NCBI GenBank assembly: GCA_003427395.1
Contig: BFEA01000016.1
Location: forward strand, 2,002,173 to 2,062,625
Direction of reading: 5' to 3'
Source: Chara braunii
Taxonomy: Eukaryota; Plantae; Charophyceae
DNA: 60,453 nt
Shown here: positions 1 to 13,472 of the stretch, piece after piece
Layout: every line of letters starts with the position of its first letter
How positions within the stretch are numbered: position 1 is the first letter of the stretch
The notes under the pieces: generated by a model
Databases searched by the model: none
What the model was told of the DNA's origin: nothing
Seen by the model: only the letters and a program-made list of their open reading frames with translations
Made by a program: the position numbers and the translations under genes

Positions 1-119
1 TTTGGGGGTTACCGGTCGTTGGCCGGTGGGTACCCCTCCCGACGCGGCGCGTATACGGGAAGCGCCGCGTCCGATAGCTGGGCCAGGTACTGGTGGTTTA
101 ACAGCAACAAGTTTTGAAC

Positions 120-248
120 TTTTTTTTTTTTTTTTTTTTTGACAATAAAACAGGTCCTTATGGCCCTGGCTCCATTTCCATTCTGGGGAGCATCGGTCCA
201 GTTCCTATTCCACCGGCAACACCGACAAGTCAGAATAAAATGCTACAT
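120..248 (-). mobile_element. 3' end of an older poly(A)-tailed retroelement, interrupted by the LINE at 249 and probably resuming at 13485
   Basis: Poly(T) at 120-140 and a variant tail hairpin (minus strand GCTCCCCAGAATGGAAATGGAGCC). GTCC(A/G)GTTCCTATT occurs near 196 and again near 13512, on either side of the insertion. Confidence 0.5.
237..248 (+). repeat. Left target-site duplication AAAATGCTACAT
   Basis: Identical 12-mer at 13473-13484, overlapping the end of a poly(A) tail. The A-rich start fits APE-type TTTT/A nicking. Confidence 0.85.
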
Positions 249-1611
249 GGGTAGAAGGGATTTCACCTTTGTTTTTTGAAATATAAGTCTGCCAGGCTGA
301 AAGTCAACGACGGTGGAGGACGATGGAGAATGCCCAGTGGTAGCCAAAGTGTGTGTAAGGTGTCTTTTGTCTGTTCTATATGCTCCAATTAGTTCACGAT
401 GGCTGCTTGAAGGCGAAGCTGCCTGTGAAATCAATAGGAGGCAATCCATAACCGGCGGAGGCACTCCATAACCGGCGCAAAGGAGAATGAGAGTGTCTGG
501 TGATAGTCAAAATTTGTGAGAAGTATACACATTTTGCTCAAATCCTTGTTTCATCTCGATCGCGAAGATTTCTAGATGACGATTTGCGGTTGTTGAGGCC
601 AGTCAACTAAGGAGGAGGAGAGCGGTTAAAATCTATAGTCAATGAGGGAGGGAGTTAAGGTTTTTGGTCACAACAGGTATATAGAATCGCAAATCAGACT
701 CGGAAAATCAGCGACGAGGAAAGTGGGCGAGACTGGTTCATGAAGACTACTGGAAGACGTTGCGGTTTTGAGATCTTTTTGATGACAGGAAACCGAGGAG
801 GAGTAGAGAGGTCAAGAGCTACAGTAAAAAAAGGAGAGAGTTGTGGTTTTAGTTGCTGCAAGCTCTTAGAATCACAAATCAATCTCGTTTTCATTATCAT
901 TTAGATAAGTAATATTCTCTCCTAAAATTCTTTATTCGTAGTCTATCCTATCTATGTTATTCTATGAAAGATAACTCGCTTACTTGGTAGATAGAAAAAT
1001 ATATAATAGTAGACGAAGCACAACTTACTTTCTCTATTTATTGTTTTCCCTACTTATTGATAAGACGTATGCTGATTGGAAGAGGATTAATCAATGGAGA
1101 ACTCAGGATTAAGAGGAGAGAGGGGAAAGACGGTAATCTGAATTAGAAGGGCGGGTGACGAGGGGAGGGAGCTTTTCTGCAAGTGGTAGGCGACGAAGCC
1201 TGTCCATCGCAGTTGGTACTAATCAGGTAAAGGTATACTAGGAGAAATAAGGGTAAGAGGAAAGGAGATGATAGTCTATGAAAAAAGTGATTGAAACGTG
1301 GCAGCAAGAGGAAGCAACGAGGGAATACACCGCTCGCATAACAACAACGAAAGGTGCGACATACGATTGACCACAAATCTTGGAGGTACGTCATCATCAC
1401 TTGTACCTATCGCCTTTTGACTTCCCTTCTCCTATATCCGATATCTGGTTTCCGCCCAGGCCAAAACAAGCACCTAACATTGCTTGATTGAAAACTGTTA
1501 TAGCTTTTACCAGAAAGTCACCAAAAGTAAAATTATTAGAGGAAAAAAAAAAAAAAAAAACGAATTTTTTTTTGGGTAATCAGTATAGACAGGAGGAAAG
1601 GAGGCACCAAA

Positions 1612-4600
1612 ATGAAGCTAAGTTCCAGAAGAGCTAAGGGTCCAGAATCACTTTTATGTTATCAAGGGGCGATGAGGCATTCCCTCATTCGTCACTTGGG
1701 CAATGCTCCGTATATGCATCCAGGGGCGGGATATGTTTCACAAGGGACAGGAATGGGAAATTGGGATTTGAGACAGAAAGGTACGCAGGGTCAGGAGGGA
1801 GGAAGTGTGCAAAGGATAGCATTAGCTTCCAGCACAGTAGCAAAACAAAGTTTGATCCAGACAGACTCACAATCAGATCACAGTATGCATCAAGGGAACT
1901 CTGTGCAAGACAGGGGTAACACGATTTCACAGCAGCAAAAGGAGGATAAGAAACACATGATCATGTCTTCTTTTTCTGATCAGAATTCTCAGAATTCTCA
2001 GAACACCCTGCAGAACGGATTACGTGGTAACGGTGTTCCTGATGCCCTAGGGGATTTGGATATGGGGGAGGAAATACTGACAGAAGAAGAAAGAAGCAAC
2101 TCACTTAAATCAACTCGAATTCCGGAAAAAAAAGAGCAAAATGATGTCACTCCCCCGCTCAACACTGCTGAATCTCTCTCTCCACAAACTGAGGTCAAAA
2201 CAACCCAGAGTTAGAAAGACTCTGCGTGTCAGAACGCTTAACATCGGCAGAACACCCATTGACCCTTCAGGTTCGCAAGGGGACGAACTCAAAGTCCCCA
2301 TGAGGAACCTATCTTCAGCCAGAGTGTATTTTTTATCTCTTTTCCTCCACGCTCTAGAACAATTAGTATTTGATCAGGGGGGGAAAAATACCCTGATGAA
2401 AGTTTATCCTACAGACAAACTGACGAAGAGAGACGCGGTATACACTAAACACGCTAGCAACTGGATATTTTATGATATGAGTGCAGTCAGATCAATGAAT
2501 GACAAAACGAAGTGGACATGCAAAATATTAGAGTCAATGAAAGATGAGCCAGAAGCTGTTTTTGAATTATTTTTAATCCAACCAATTTCACCCAGAGTCT
2601 TCACAATCATCAGTTTGTTTGAAAAAGACAAACAACAGATGGATGGCTGGAAGAAGTTGAAGTGGGAAGGATCTGAAGTTCGCATTTATCCTTGGTTACC
2701 AAAACAAGCAGGACCAGAAGAGAAAATTGATCAATTAATGAAAGACTTCTATTGGGTGGAACTGAGGCACATCCCAATTGAAATTCAAGCAGCATTCATT
2801 CACGATTTCGGTCAGCAGTATAAGATTGTGGACTTCATTGACCCTCTGTCCACTTATGTCGCCAAACGGGATGACTACTTGATGATGGCCCTTGACATCC
2901 CTAAGGATCAACCTTTTTCGTTAGATGACATCATTCCTTTCAAAATGGGAGGGAGGATCTATCATATCTATACGGCCCACAAATTCCGACCCTGGTGTTT
3001 CAAATGCAAGGCATATGAACACCTCAGTTCGGAATTTGCGTGTCCGCTCCACCCACAACACGCTTTCCCTACAGAGCAAAAACTCGAAAGGGATGTACAG
3101 AGACCTCATAGGTAGATCCCTGTAACACAAGGATACGAGGGGTGGGTGTATACTAACGAGTTCAACCAAGCGGGCCAGCTCGGATGGTTCTGGGAAGGGA
3201 GGGGGGATATGAGAAAACCCCCACGCCCGCCTCCGGAGTGGTTACCGTCCCAGCCTCATCACTCAAAGACCTTTGGTTTCAGTTAGTACAGGTGGGAAGA
3301 CTGATAACACAACAGGTGCAAAGGATGGTGCCAAGGTTGGTACAAACCAGGAAAAGATTGCACATATTGGGGGGAACACAGACCAAGGAAAAAAACAAGT
3401 GGTATTAGCTCACAAGAAAATAGTAATCTGGTCCAGAATTCAAGTCAGAGAGGCGAAGGTTTGAGGTCTATTGGTCCTGGTCCAGAGAATTATCTTCCCA
3501 GATCAAACCAGAATCCATGAACAAAATGGAGGGTAGTGAGGAGGAAAGAACAAAACGCTAACAATGGAAGCACAATTTCCCTCACCCTGGTGCAGGATTC
3601 TGGAAATAAGAACCAACCAAAGCAGGTCCCTATACCTGCAAAAGAACAAAAACCTATCCCAATGGACATTGATCCACTTAAGATAGCAATGAGTGCAGAT
3701 CCCATGAAAGTAGAGGACGCTCCGATTTCAGCACCCCTTTTTTAGGTAGTGGAAAGGAAGGTTCAAGTGATCTGCACGAGAAATTCACAAAACTGGCAGA
3801 CTGATTACTCCTTAATCTGCAAAGAATGTTCCCAGAATGGAGTGATGTAGCTTGGCGGCAAATCAAAGGTCACCTGATGCTTGTGCTGGTAAACAGTGAT
3901 AGCTTGAAATTGGTTTTGCAATACGGTCTTCCGCGAGGTTCAGACTAGACCACCACGTGTAACAGACTGCTCAGTGTAATATCAAACAAGTTCCTTCCAC
4001 TACTTTTGACAAGCGGTAAGCCGCAGGAATTTGTTCTTCACCAGGTGCGAATCCCAGATTGGATTACCCCCAATCATAAGATCAATCCACAGTCTAGCAA
4101 CCTGAGGAGACTCAAAGCTCTTGCTAGGAAGCACAAGGCTCAACCTCTAAAGTACAAACGAACATTCATTCTGGAAAATGAAAGGAAAGGTTACTCAGAT
4201 AATCGGAAGACATACTTGACAATCAACCAAGGTGCACGTAGGAAAAGGATATCACGCTTGGTGCTCACTCCCTGCAAATCTGAACTAAAACTTAACAAGC
4301 GGAACGAAGGTAAAAAATAGTTTTTTAAAAAATATTAAAAAAAAGAGAAAAAAAAAATCACATAAAAGCCCCACCGACCCAAAGTTGGAACTACAAATAA
4401 GTGTCTGCTCTTTATTGGAGCCTCCTCAAGAGACTCCACTGAGCATTACCCCTCTACAGAACCTTAAGATAAAGTCCATAAAGGTGAGCCCCTGCTCAGA
4501 TAAGCGGGATGCCCCCCGAGCTCAAAGTAGCCTGAAATCTCAGCAAAACAGTCAGTTATCATGCATTCAAGCAGCAGGTGTACTCTTAGGTATAGATGAG

Positions 4601-5787
4601 TTGGCGGTATTACAAACACTACAAATGAACCAGACTCAATATGGGTTAGTAAAGAATGAAGAACTGATTCTCAGTCAACAGTCTAGCAACCTCACAGATA
4701 GTGCAGATCCACTGAATACTGAGGTCAACGTGGTGATATCCAAGACACTGCAAGTGATCCAAACACTAAATGGGGTTGTCGGGAATGGTGTGTTATTTCT
4801 CAGTCCATCTGAAGTTGTTCTGCAAACTGCGGGTAATGATCTTTTTCCTGTAATGTCAAGCACACTTCTTTTCCAACAGACAACGAAAGACTTGAGACTA
4901 AACCATCGTCCCTAGAAAAGGACAGTGGGGCATTTGATCAGGAGATGTCACAAGGGAGACCCCCCCTCTCGGTGAATGAGCAAGGCAATCCTCCTAAGTT
5001 CCTTCCATATGACAGTAAAAATGTCCCACAAAAATTCCAAGAGATAGTATCGGAAGTAATCGGGGAAAATAAATTTCTACTTATTTCAGTGCAAACCATG
5101 AGAGAATCAGTTCAGGGTTCTAAAAATGAAGTGCTCCTATCTCAAGAGATGGAAGGGAAGGAGGAAGTAAGTAAGGGTCTCAAAGAAGGGGAAGAGCAAA
5201 TTCCAAGACAAATTGAATTGACCCCAACCAGCAAGAGACAAAAACTCAGGTTTCAGATGATTCAAGGCCAAGGAGATCTCCCTCCATAAAAAACCGGTGT
5301 TGTCATCTTGCCGGCTAGATACAAAGGAGGGATTTGGCAAGTCGGACTGTCTGAACCACAAGGAGTTGAGTATGGGGAAGTAACAGTGCAGGGGACCAAA
5401 CCTCAATTTTTGTTTCTTGTTTCTCTGACCGGGGTAATGGCGGGAGAATTTTGGATAAAATTAGAAATACTAAAATTCATAAAAGAAAATCTCCCACCAG
5501 GTGGTGTAGCTATCCTTACACTAACTACAAAAGATCAAAGAATAGTAGAGAGAAACGTATACCTAAAATACGAAGGGACTAGACAAGAGGAATTGAAATG
5601 GTTTGGTTAAGAAGCGCTAAAAGACATTCAAATACTCAAAATCAAGGCAGGTTTGTTGTGGTCAGAGGATGATGTAGGGATCCTCTTAGCCAGATTGTTG
5701 AAGCATGGTATCATGGAAAAAGGGGGGGTGCTCAACTCCGGTCCCTGGAAGAACTTTTAGAAAGCACTATCTCCTAATTGTTCTTGA
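1612..5787 (+). pseudogene. LINE ORF1 (very long; stops and frameshifts)
   Basis: ORF 2141-3115 has YWVELRHIP followed by the knuckle CFKCKAYEHLSSEFACP. The frame of 4945-5289 continues through in-frame stops to TGA at 5785-5787, and this C-terminal block aligns with ORF 57120-57614 of the second LINE. Confidence 0.75.
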
Positions 5788-5819
5788 AGTGTCCATAGAG
5801 TCACTCTGAATTTACCAAA

Positions 5820-8800
5820 ATGGAAGGAATTAAAATTATTGACGCTTTATACAATAAAGACAAGGAATGTAAGTTTCTTAGAAGGCAAGCGAACGTAGAC
5901 CTCAGATCCCTAAATGTTAATGGTCTAGCTTCTGCAAAAGAAAGCAAAAGACAAACGATCTATGACCAATTAAAAGGTATAGACGGTAAAGAGTGGTCGG
6001 ATGTGATATGCATCCAAGAAACACACTTGATGGACGCAGATATGCATAACTACCTACACAATCAGATATGGCCTCACCAATCTTACAGAGCTCATGTTAT
6101 TTCTCATGGGAGCTCAGGGGTGGCTATCTGGATTCCCCCCCTATCCAGAGTAGAGATTACCTATACGGTAACAGACCTGGAACATGGTAGGTGAGTGTAT
6201 GTATTAGCCATGCTTGAACTAGAGATTGTGGAAATTCTATGTGTATGTGGACCTAATGAGGTAGGGGAAAGACAAATTTTATTTGAAAACATTTTTACAC
6301 GCCTACTAGTAGGCTTGTGAAACATGATCATTGTGGGGGATTTTAATGATGCCCCAAATAGACACTTAGATAGGTGACGTTCCCCGTCCTCATGTCCAAC
6401 TTATATGACAATGGATGAGGGGATAATTGTTAACCTATGTCAATCCCTCAATCTTTTCGACTCTTATAGAAGGTTAAATCCAACGCTCAAAACATTCACC
6501 TGCTTCAAAAAAGGTACCGCCAATCATAGTTCAAAATATCGTATTGATATGATTCTGATGGCCGAAGAACTATAAGGCGCTCTCCAACTAGCAAAGATTT
6601 TCCCAAAAAGTTATTTCCAGGTCTGGATCATGCTATGTGTGTGGCAATGTTGTCCTTCAGGAAGAAACCAGATCAAGGGAAATTATTCTATCATCTAAAC
6701 ACATCCCTCCTCAAGATGGACTGTTTTCTCAACTATCTTTGAGATGTGTGAAATTTTTGGAGAGAACAAAGAGATCGCTTCAAAGATGACATTAAATGGT
6801 TCAACAACGGTCTTGCTTTTCTAGGCCGTAAATGTAATGAATATTCTAGATTATTGGCAAAACAAAAACATGCTAAAGAAACTCTCATCTCCAATAAAAT
6901 TCATGAGTTGCAAAACCAAGAGACAGACTCAGAAGAGCAAAAAACCCTAGAACCAATAGCCCAAGAGCTACAACTTTTAGAAACTCGGTTAATGACTTAA
7001 ATGAAATATCGATGGCAAGGACTAAGAATTAGGGGTAAACTCATAGTCCAAAATATGGAAGGAACAATGGATGCACATTTCTTTGTCATAGCCAAAGCAA
7101 GAACAGGAAGAACTATCATTGAAGCTTTAAAAGACCCGGTGGATCACAATAAGAATTTAGTCACCTCGACGACAACGTGTACTAAAATAGCTAGAATTTT
7201 TTTTAAATCACTTTTTACTTCACAAAATAGACACATCCCTAAAGAGCAACACACTATGAAAATAGAAGATTTTTTTCGTCCTATAGATAAAACACTATTA
7301 GAGTAGCAAAAGGAAATGATGGAGAAACCTTTAGCAAAGGAGGAAATATGGAAAAATCTCTCACTAATGGAGGAAGATAAGTCTTCGAGCATCGATGGCC
7401 TTCCTAAAGAATTTTGGGAAGCTGTATGGTTTTATATCTCAAAGGATTTGATGGATTATTATCACGCAGTATGGGCCTCGGGAGAAATAAGGGAATTTGT
7501 TGGACAAGGAGTACTTACACTTCTGTACAAGAAAGGGGATAAGGCGAATATAAGAAATTATCGCCCAATAACCCTTCTCACAGTGGTTTATAAGCTAATA
7601 ACTAAAGCACTAGCAGATCATATATCCACTATAATTCCAAAAATTATTCATCAATCTCAAACGGGGTTCATAAATGGAAGAAACATTCAGGATAATATCC
7701 TTCTGGTAAATGAACTTCTTAAAATCTCTCGTCAGTCCAAACATAATGCTGCCTTTATCTTCATAGATTTTGAAAAGACATATGATCATGTGGATTAATT
7801 TTTTTTAGATAAATGTTTGGAAAATTTTAACTTTGGTCCCAATTTTAAAAGATGGGTGAAAATTTTGCACCAAAATGCCACAACAAGGGTTATGGTCAAT
7901 AGCAATGTGTCCCCCCCCATCCCACTAGAAAGATCAGTCAGACAAGGGGATCCCTTGGCACCTTTTCTTTTTGTCATTATCATGGAGACACTAACGGCAA
8001 ATTTGAGACAACACAAAAATATTTGTCGCATAACGGTCATTAGCATCCCCGAAGAGACAATTCCAGTTTGTTCTTTTTTCGCGGATAACACATCCGTTAC
8101 GATTGATGCTACCGATGAAAACATGGCAGACATTTAAAAAATGATGGACAAATTTTGTTGCCTCTCAAATATGAAAGTTAACTGGGGAAGCAAAACAACT
8201 GGATGGTGGATACATCACCAAAGAGGGAGGCCACCAAAACTACCCATGATAAAGTGACATTCCCTAGATACCCCCATCAAAGTGCTAGGGATCTCATTAT
8301 CAGCCAAAGGTAAACCAAAGACTCGTAATGAATGAATCTCCCAACCAGCTCAGTCCAAATTGGAAATGTGGAAGAACTAACACACCTCAATTTTTGGCCG
8401 ATCAATGATAATTAACAATGTAATACTAGCTATATTTTGTATAAGTCAGCGATCTGGGCTTTGGATAAAGTTTCCCTCAAATCTCTTCAACGACAATTAA
8501 CTGTCTTTTTATGGAGAGACAATCATGAATACAATAGTGTTATCAGCAAGATAGCATGACAGTCTATTATTCAACCAAAAGTAGGGGGGGGGGGGGGGGG
8601 TAGGAGTTCTGGATCCTCTAACCCAATCCAAGACACTTTCAATCCAATGGATTCAATGCTTATTATTTAACCCCTAAACCCCATGGGCCCCTTTGTCCTT
8701 GGAGCAAATCAAGCGCCTAGCCCCCTCCACGTTTGAGGAAATTGACCCTCTGACATGGTTGGAAAATCGATCTTGGACAATCCCAAGGGGGATTTCCAAG

Positions 8801-10941
8801 CCTGTAATAACATCCACAATTTCCAATAAGCAGACTGTGAGACAAGGTTTGAAAAATGATCAATTTTAGGCGTCCATGTTGAAAACCTGGAGGAAACTCC
8901 CCCTAACAGACAAACTCTCGCCAGAAAGGTGGGAGGAAGTCTGTCAACAACCTTTATTCGATAATAGGTGGATTCACGACTCCCAAGGATATGTTCTCCA
9001 CTGTATGCACTCTCCTTGGAAATGATGGATCAATAATGGAATAATGAGGATTAATGATATATGGGATATGAACCTAGGTTGTTGGATCGGACGTCCGGGA
9101 CCCCCCTGACCGTCCGGGATGTCCAACCGGACGTTTGGTCGGACGTAGGATCGGACAGGGTATGTCCGATCTAGCACCCAAAAAAAATATATATATATAT
9201 ATATATAAAATCATGTGGCTTCCACCTTGCATTAGGTGCATGCCACCAAATTTTTGGATCATTTAGGCCAGTAGAATAAATAATAAAAATCTTCAAAAAT
9301 TTTAATCCCCAGCTATACCCCTCCTATCCCCACCAAAACCCACCGTACCCCTCCCCCCCCCCATCCACCCTATCACCGAATGCTCAGAAAAATCTGAAAC
9401 TTTTTGTGGTGGGTCTCTAGGGCATGCGCAACACTGTGATTTTTTATTTATTTTTTATTTTTTTTATTTTAGTGTCAAAAAACCGTCGTCCGGAAACCCG
9501 AACGACGGGGGTACCTGACGTCCGAGGGAGACGTCCGGTCTCCGGACCATTGGTAACCTAGATATGAACACCAATGATTGGATAGACCCATCTAATTTAC
9601 GGAGGCGACTACGATATTGTCACCATTCGGCGGAATCACTAGAAAGATAATAGATCTCATCCCTCTTGAATGGATACGTATTCTCAGAGGAGGCCCTAAT
9701 TTAATGATAAATGACTGGGTAACATTCAAGTTTCAACCCCAGTCAATTGGCATGATTCTTGATCGTGGCCAAATCGGGGATTTTCTCCTACAATTTTTTT
9801 CCTTGTCATCTAACAATGTCGTCGTTCTGATGAGTCAAGGGGAAACTCGATGGGTCTAAGCCCACCAGATTTTCAAAATAAGAGTAATCAAGAGTAAAGA
9901 TTATTGGCTAGCCTTCAAACCAGACTGCCCTATTTCTAAACTACCTCTAGACCCGACCAATTGGGTATGGAGTTCAGAAATAAGAGTAGGTAGACATAAT
10001 AGATCATACAAGAGATCTATTCATTTGCTGAAAATCAAATGAGCTTATCGAATGGTGCGTTTGAAAATCAATTTAAAAGACAAAATATCAGCCAGATGGA
10101 TGAAACACCTCAATATAAGTAAAGAAGATCTGAGGTCGGTCAAGTGGTTTAAAACAATCAAAAATAAACCATCCAAAATTGCTTCCCTTCAATGGCAAAT
10201 CGAGCACAGGTGTCTCCCAACAAATGACTGGCTAATTGACAGATTCTGTCTAGAAGAGAAAGGAATAGCATCAATATGGTGTAAATTTTGCAGATCAGCC
10301 TTTCCGAGCAGAACAATTCCTGAAACTATAGAATACATCTTTATGCAATGTCCGAGCTCCATCTGGCTATGGAGGTGGTGGGACCGCATCTGGTCACAAC
10401 TAGTCTCACAGGTTCCATGGCCATGGGGGTGGAAAGTTATTCTTCTAGAGACATGGATCCCCAAGCTAAAATCAATGGAAAATCAGGAGGAATTTATAGT
10501 CAATTATTTTGGTATAGGGCGAAGAGCTGTAATGTGGGCCATCTGGATGAGAAGATGTACTTACAAATGGGAAGGAGCTAGGCTAGATGGGCTAGACTTC
10601 ACAGAGGCTATGAAACAACAAATTGAAACATACATCCTAACAAAATGGGCTCAAACAAAGGAAAAAGTTCAATTTTCATGCAAAAAATCAGAAATCCAAT
10701 CACATTTTCAAAAATTCAGTCGTAACTGGCCGGCGGAAACCAGGGAGGGAGATTGGGAAAAGTCATATGGAGTGGGGCAATGGGTGATGATGATGTTGAG
10801 ATTAAAAAGGATTACAAATTGGAATTTGGTGACTGGACGACTATTGACGCTGCAGTGCCTATGCGCCCTCTATCAGAATTCTCAGATCCCTTCCCCTCCC
10901 CAACGTCAGCCCTTGTTCCTATCTCCTGGTATGGAATATAG
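5820..10941 (+). pseudogene. LINE ORF2: APE endonuclease, reverse transcriptase, C-terminal zinc-binding region
   Basis: APE motifs SLNVNGL, CIQETH, GDFN, DHA. RT motifs NYRPITLL, QTGFINGRNI, IDFEKTYD, RQGDPLAP, FADN (degenerate YADD). C-terminal CKFC...ETIEYIFMQC. Many stops and one MITE insertion. Confidence 0.93.
9074..9561. mobile_element. hAT-type non-autonomous DNA element (MITE) inserted in LINE ORF2
   Basis: TIR CTAGGTT...AACCTAG, perfect 8-bp TSD ATATGAAC (9066-9073 and 9562-9569), subterminal CCGGAC/GTCCGG repeats. Confidence 0.9.
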
Positions 10942-11132
10942 GAGGAATTCTCATCAGATATCACAGCTTATGCTAGTAGGTATATCTGGCGCCCTGAGAA
11001 AAGGGTGAAGAGGCAGTGTCTTTTCCCTGAGTCAAAAAAGTGGAAGAGGTTTTTTCCAAAGGCGGTGGCCAAATGACCTTTTTTTCCAATCTCACGTTTT
11101 CGGATATCTATGTATTCTTTTGTATTTTCAGT

Positions 11133-11216
11133 GGGACGCTGGACACGATTTCCAGCAGGTGAAGCTCCCCACCAATAGATGAAGCATTTTCTTAAAAAAA
11201 AAAAAAAAAAAAAAAA
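11133..11216 (+). other. Conserved structured LINE 3' tail plus poly(A)
   Basis: GGGACGCTGGACACGATTTCCAGCAGGTGAAGCTCCCCACCAATAGATGAAGC, repeated in many copies across the window. Confidence 0.85.
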
Positions 11217-11495
11217 GGATAACTCCGGCAGGTGGAAGAGCGGGGAGTGGACGGCGGAAGCTGCACTAGCGCTACCGCCCCGACGCCGGCGGACCGGTAG
11301 GGTTCGGTCACCCCGACTCGACTAGTGCCTGGGGAGAACAGCTCCCCGACTGCTGGGCCTGTGCACGTGCCCGATAGGTGTGACGTGGCTTGTGGCTATG
11401 TGGCGCCTGTTGTTTGGTGACACTGACGTCCCGTGACACGTCAGCAGGGGTAGCGCCAACCGTGGGATTACAAGGGGTTCAGTGAAACTGTGTGA

Positions 11496-12051
11496 GTGAC
11501 GCAGCCAATGGGGGGAGAGATGGATTTGGAAGGGGAGCTACAATATCCAGCAGAAGAATGGATTACCACACTAGAGGAGGGATGCAAGCAGATGCAAACG
11601 ATAGTGGGGTTGCTTATGCAGCGACAGCAAGAAGGGGGGGAGATCGATGGGGGAGCGATCTCGATGGACCAGTGGTTGGAAGATAGGATTCAAGAGTTGT
11701 TAGACATCTTGTGGGAGCTGGAGGAGGGGCTGTATCCCCAGCTCGATGTCTACATCGACTCGAGGCGGGCGGATGACAGGTTGGCTGCTTGCAGGACCCT
11801 CTTCACATTGGGGCGAGATCTACGCAATCAGTTGGAGTATCGGTATGGATTGCTGGCAAGTGAAGATGATTGCGGCGAAAACACAAATAACAGCAACAAC
11901 ATTAGCTACAGCGACATCAAGGATGGGGATGGTGTCAACAACAACAATGATGGGGGGGGGCGATGTCCAAGGCTGCACCAAGATGGGAGTGATACTGTAG
12001 GTGGACGCGGAATATAATGGAGACGTCAACAACAACAACAACAACAACAGC

Positions 12052-12099
<48 letters not shown>

Positions 12100-12473
12100 A
12101 TCAACTACAGCAACTTAACAAAAACAATGGTGCGCAGGGATTGGGATTGGGCGAAATGGGCGAAGGCGGTGGGAAGGATGACAGCAACATTACGTGAACA
12201 ACAGCGACGACAACAACAACAACAACAACAACAACAACGGCGGTGACGAGGGCGGGGGCGACGTCCACGGCAGCAGCATGAAGGGTGTGATGCTGCAGAT
12301 GGACATGGATGATAAAGGTGGTGACAACAAAAACAACAACAACATCAATAACAACAACGACAACAACAACAACGATGATGATGGGGGAGGCGGCATCCAC
12401 TGCTGCCGCATGAGGGGAGTGATACAGCAGATGGATGCAGATGATAGTGGAGACGACAACAACAACAACGACG

Positions 12474-12530
<57 letters not shown>

Positions 12531-12536
12531 TCAACT

Positions 12537-12567
<31 letters not shown>

Positions 12568-12751
12568 AAACATTGACGGCGGAGGGGGTGACGTCCATGG
12601 CAGCAGAATGATGGGTAAGATGTTGCCGGCAGACGCAGTTGGAATGGGGGTGGACACGGGAAACTGGTTTTCTGACTTCCTCCTTGTTATATTTTGCAGC
12701 CTCAATATGGAGTTGCTTCTCGTCGTCTGCCAGAGGATAGGAGTAGGTTAG
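11496..12751 (+). pseudogene. E1 ORF: unknown helical domain plus (AAC)n low-complexity tail, frameshifted, last frame ends QRIGVG*
   Basis: EEWITTLEEG...WLEDRIQELLDILWELEEGLYPQLDVYIDSRR aligns with ORFs 14632-15471 and 20686-21411. Confidence 0.65.
12027..12568 (+). repeat. (AAC)n microsatellite blocks within about 120-180-bp tandem units
   Basis: Directly visible AAC runs separated by related GGCGACGTCCA(C/T)GGCAGC-like spacers. Confidence 0.95.
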
Positions 12752-12939
12752 TCAGTGATGATTGGTGTTGTCCGGCCCGCAATACCAATCAAGACTGGGG
12801 TGGTGATCGCCTCGGGGGATTGGTGGTGGGCATTTTAGGGGTTGGATTGCAGGAGGACGAACACATCATATCCTGCTTGGAGTTTCGTGATTGCACTTTG
12901 ATAGGTATATATTAAGGACACATATAGACAGTTTCTGAC

Positions 12940-13445
12940 TGTTGGGACATAGTTACAAGACACGACATGGGGACGCTGGACCCGAGTTCCAGCAGATATA
13001 AATCACATCATTGGTAGAACACATCATATCATGGTTAGGGTTTCGACTGAAGGTATTGATCCCTCAGATTGTTGCAGAGATTCCATAGTCTACATAGTTA
13101 CACAACACGATATGGGGCGCTGAACCTGATTTCCAGCAGATATAAATCATAGCATCGGTAGTACACATCTCATCATGGCTAGGGTTTCGACTGATTTGAT
13201 TGATGCCTCAGATTGTTGTTGAGATTCTGTAGTTTACATGGATAGGGACGCTGGACCTGTGTTCCGGCACATACATTCACACCATTGCATAAGGACGCTG
13301 GACCTGATTTCCAGCAGATACATTTCATCACTGTAAAGGGACGCTGGACCCGATTTCCAGCAGTTGTAGCTCCCCACCAATAGATGGAGCCTTCAACGCC
13401 GGGGCCTACTTAACGGGGATGCTCTTATCACCTCGTTAAGTAGGT
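12940..13445 (+). repeat. Tandem array of five GCTGG-N9-CCAGC tail hairpins ending in a complete tail
   Basis: Hairpin copies at about 12970, 13114, 13245, 13293 and 13338. Spacers are pairwise related. Confidence 0.9.
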
Positions 13446-13472
13446 TCCCCATATACGAAGTTAAAAAAAAAA

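Larger units (their letters stand above)
249..11216 (+). mobile_element. Full-length decayed L1/Tx1-type LINE (about 1.4-kb 5' UTR, ORF1, ORF2, structured 3' tail, poly(A))
   Basis: Starts right after the TSD. ORF1 zinc knuckle, then APE, RT and C-terminal CCHC-type domains in order. Poly(A) at 11194-11216. Confidence 0.92.

Noticed and set aside
9827-9856. Hammerhead-like CTGATGA...GAAAC...GTC
   Set aside because: Stems I and II do not pair, and it lies in LINE ORF2 coding sequence.
11295-11316. Pol III B-box or tRNA-derived head in the E1 leader
   Set aside because: GGTTCGGTCACC is only a partial match, with no A-box or cloverleaf, and is not seen in E2.
12970-13363. CRISPR array
   Set aside because: Spacers are unequal and duplicated, there are no cas genes, the context is eukaryotic, and the repeat is the retroelement 3' hairpin.
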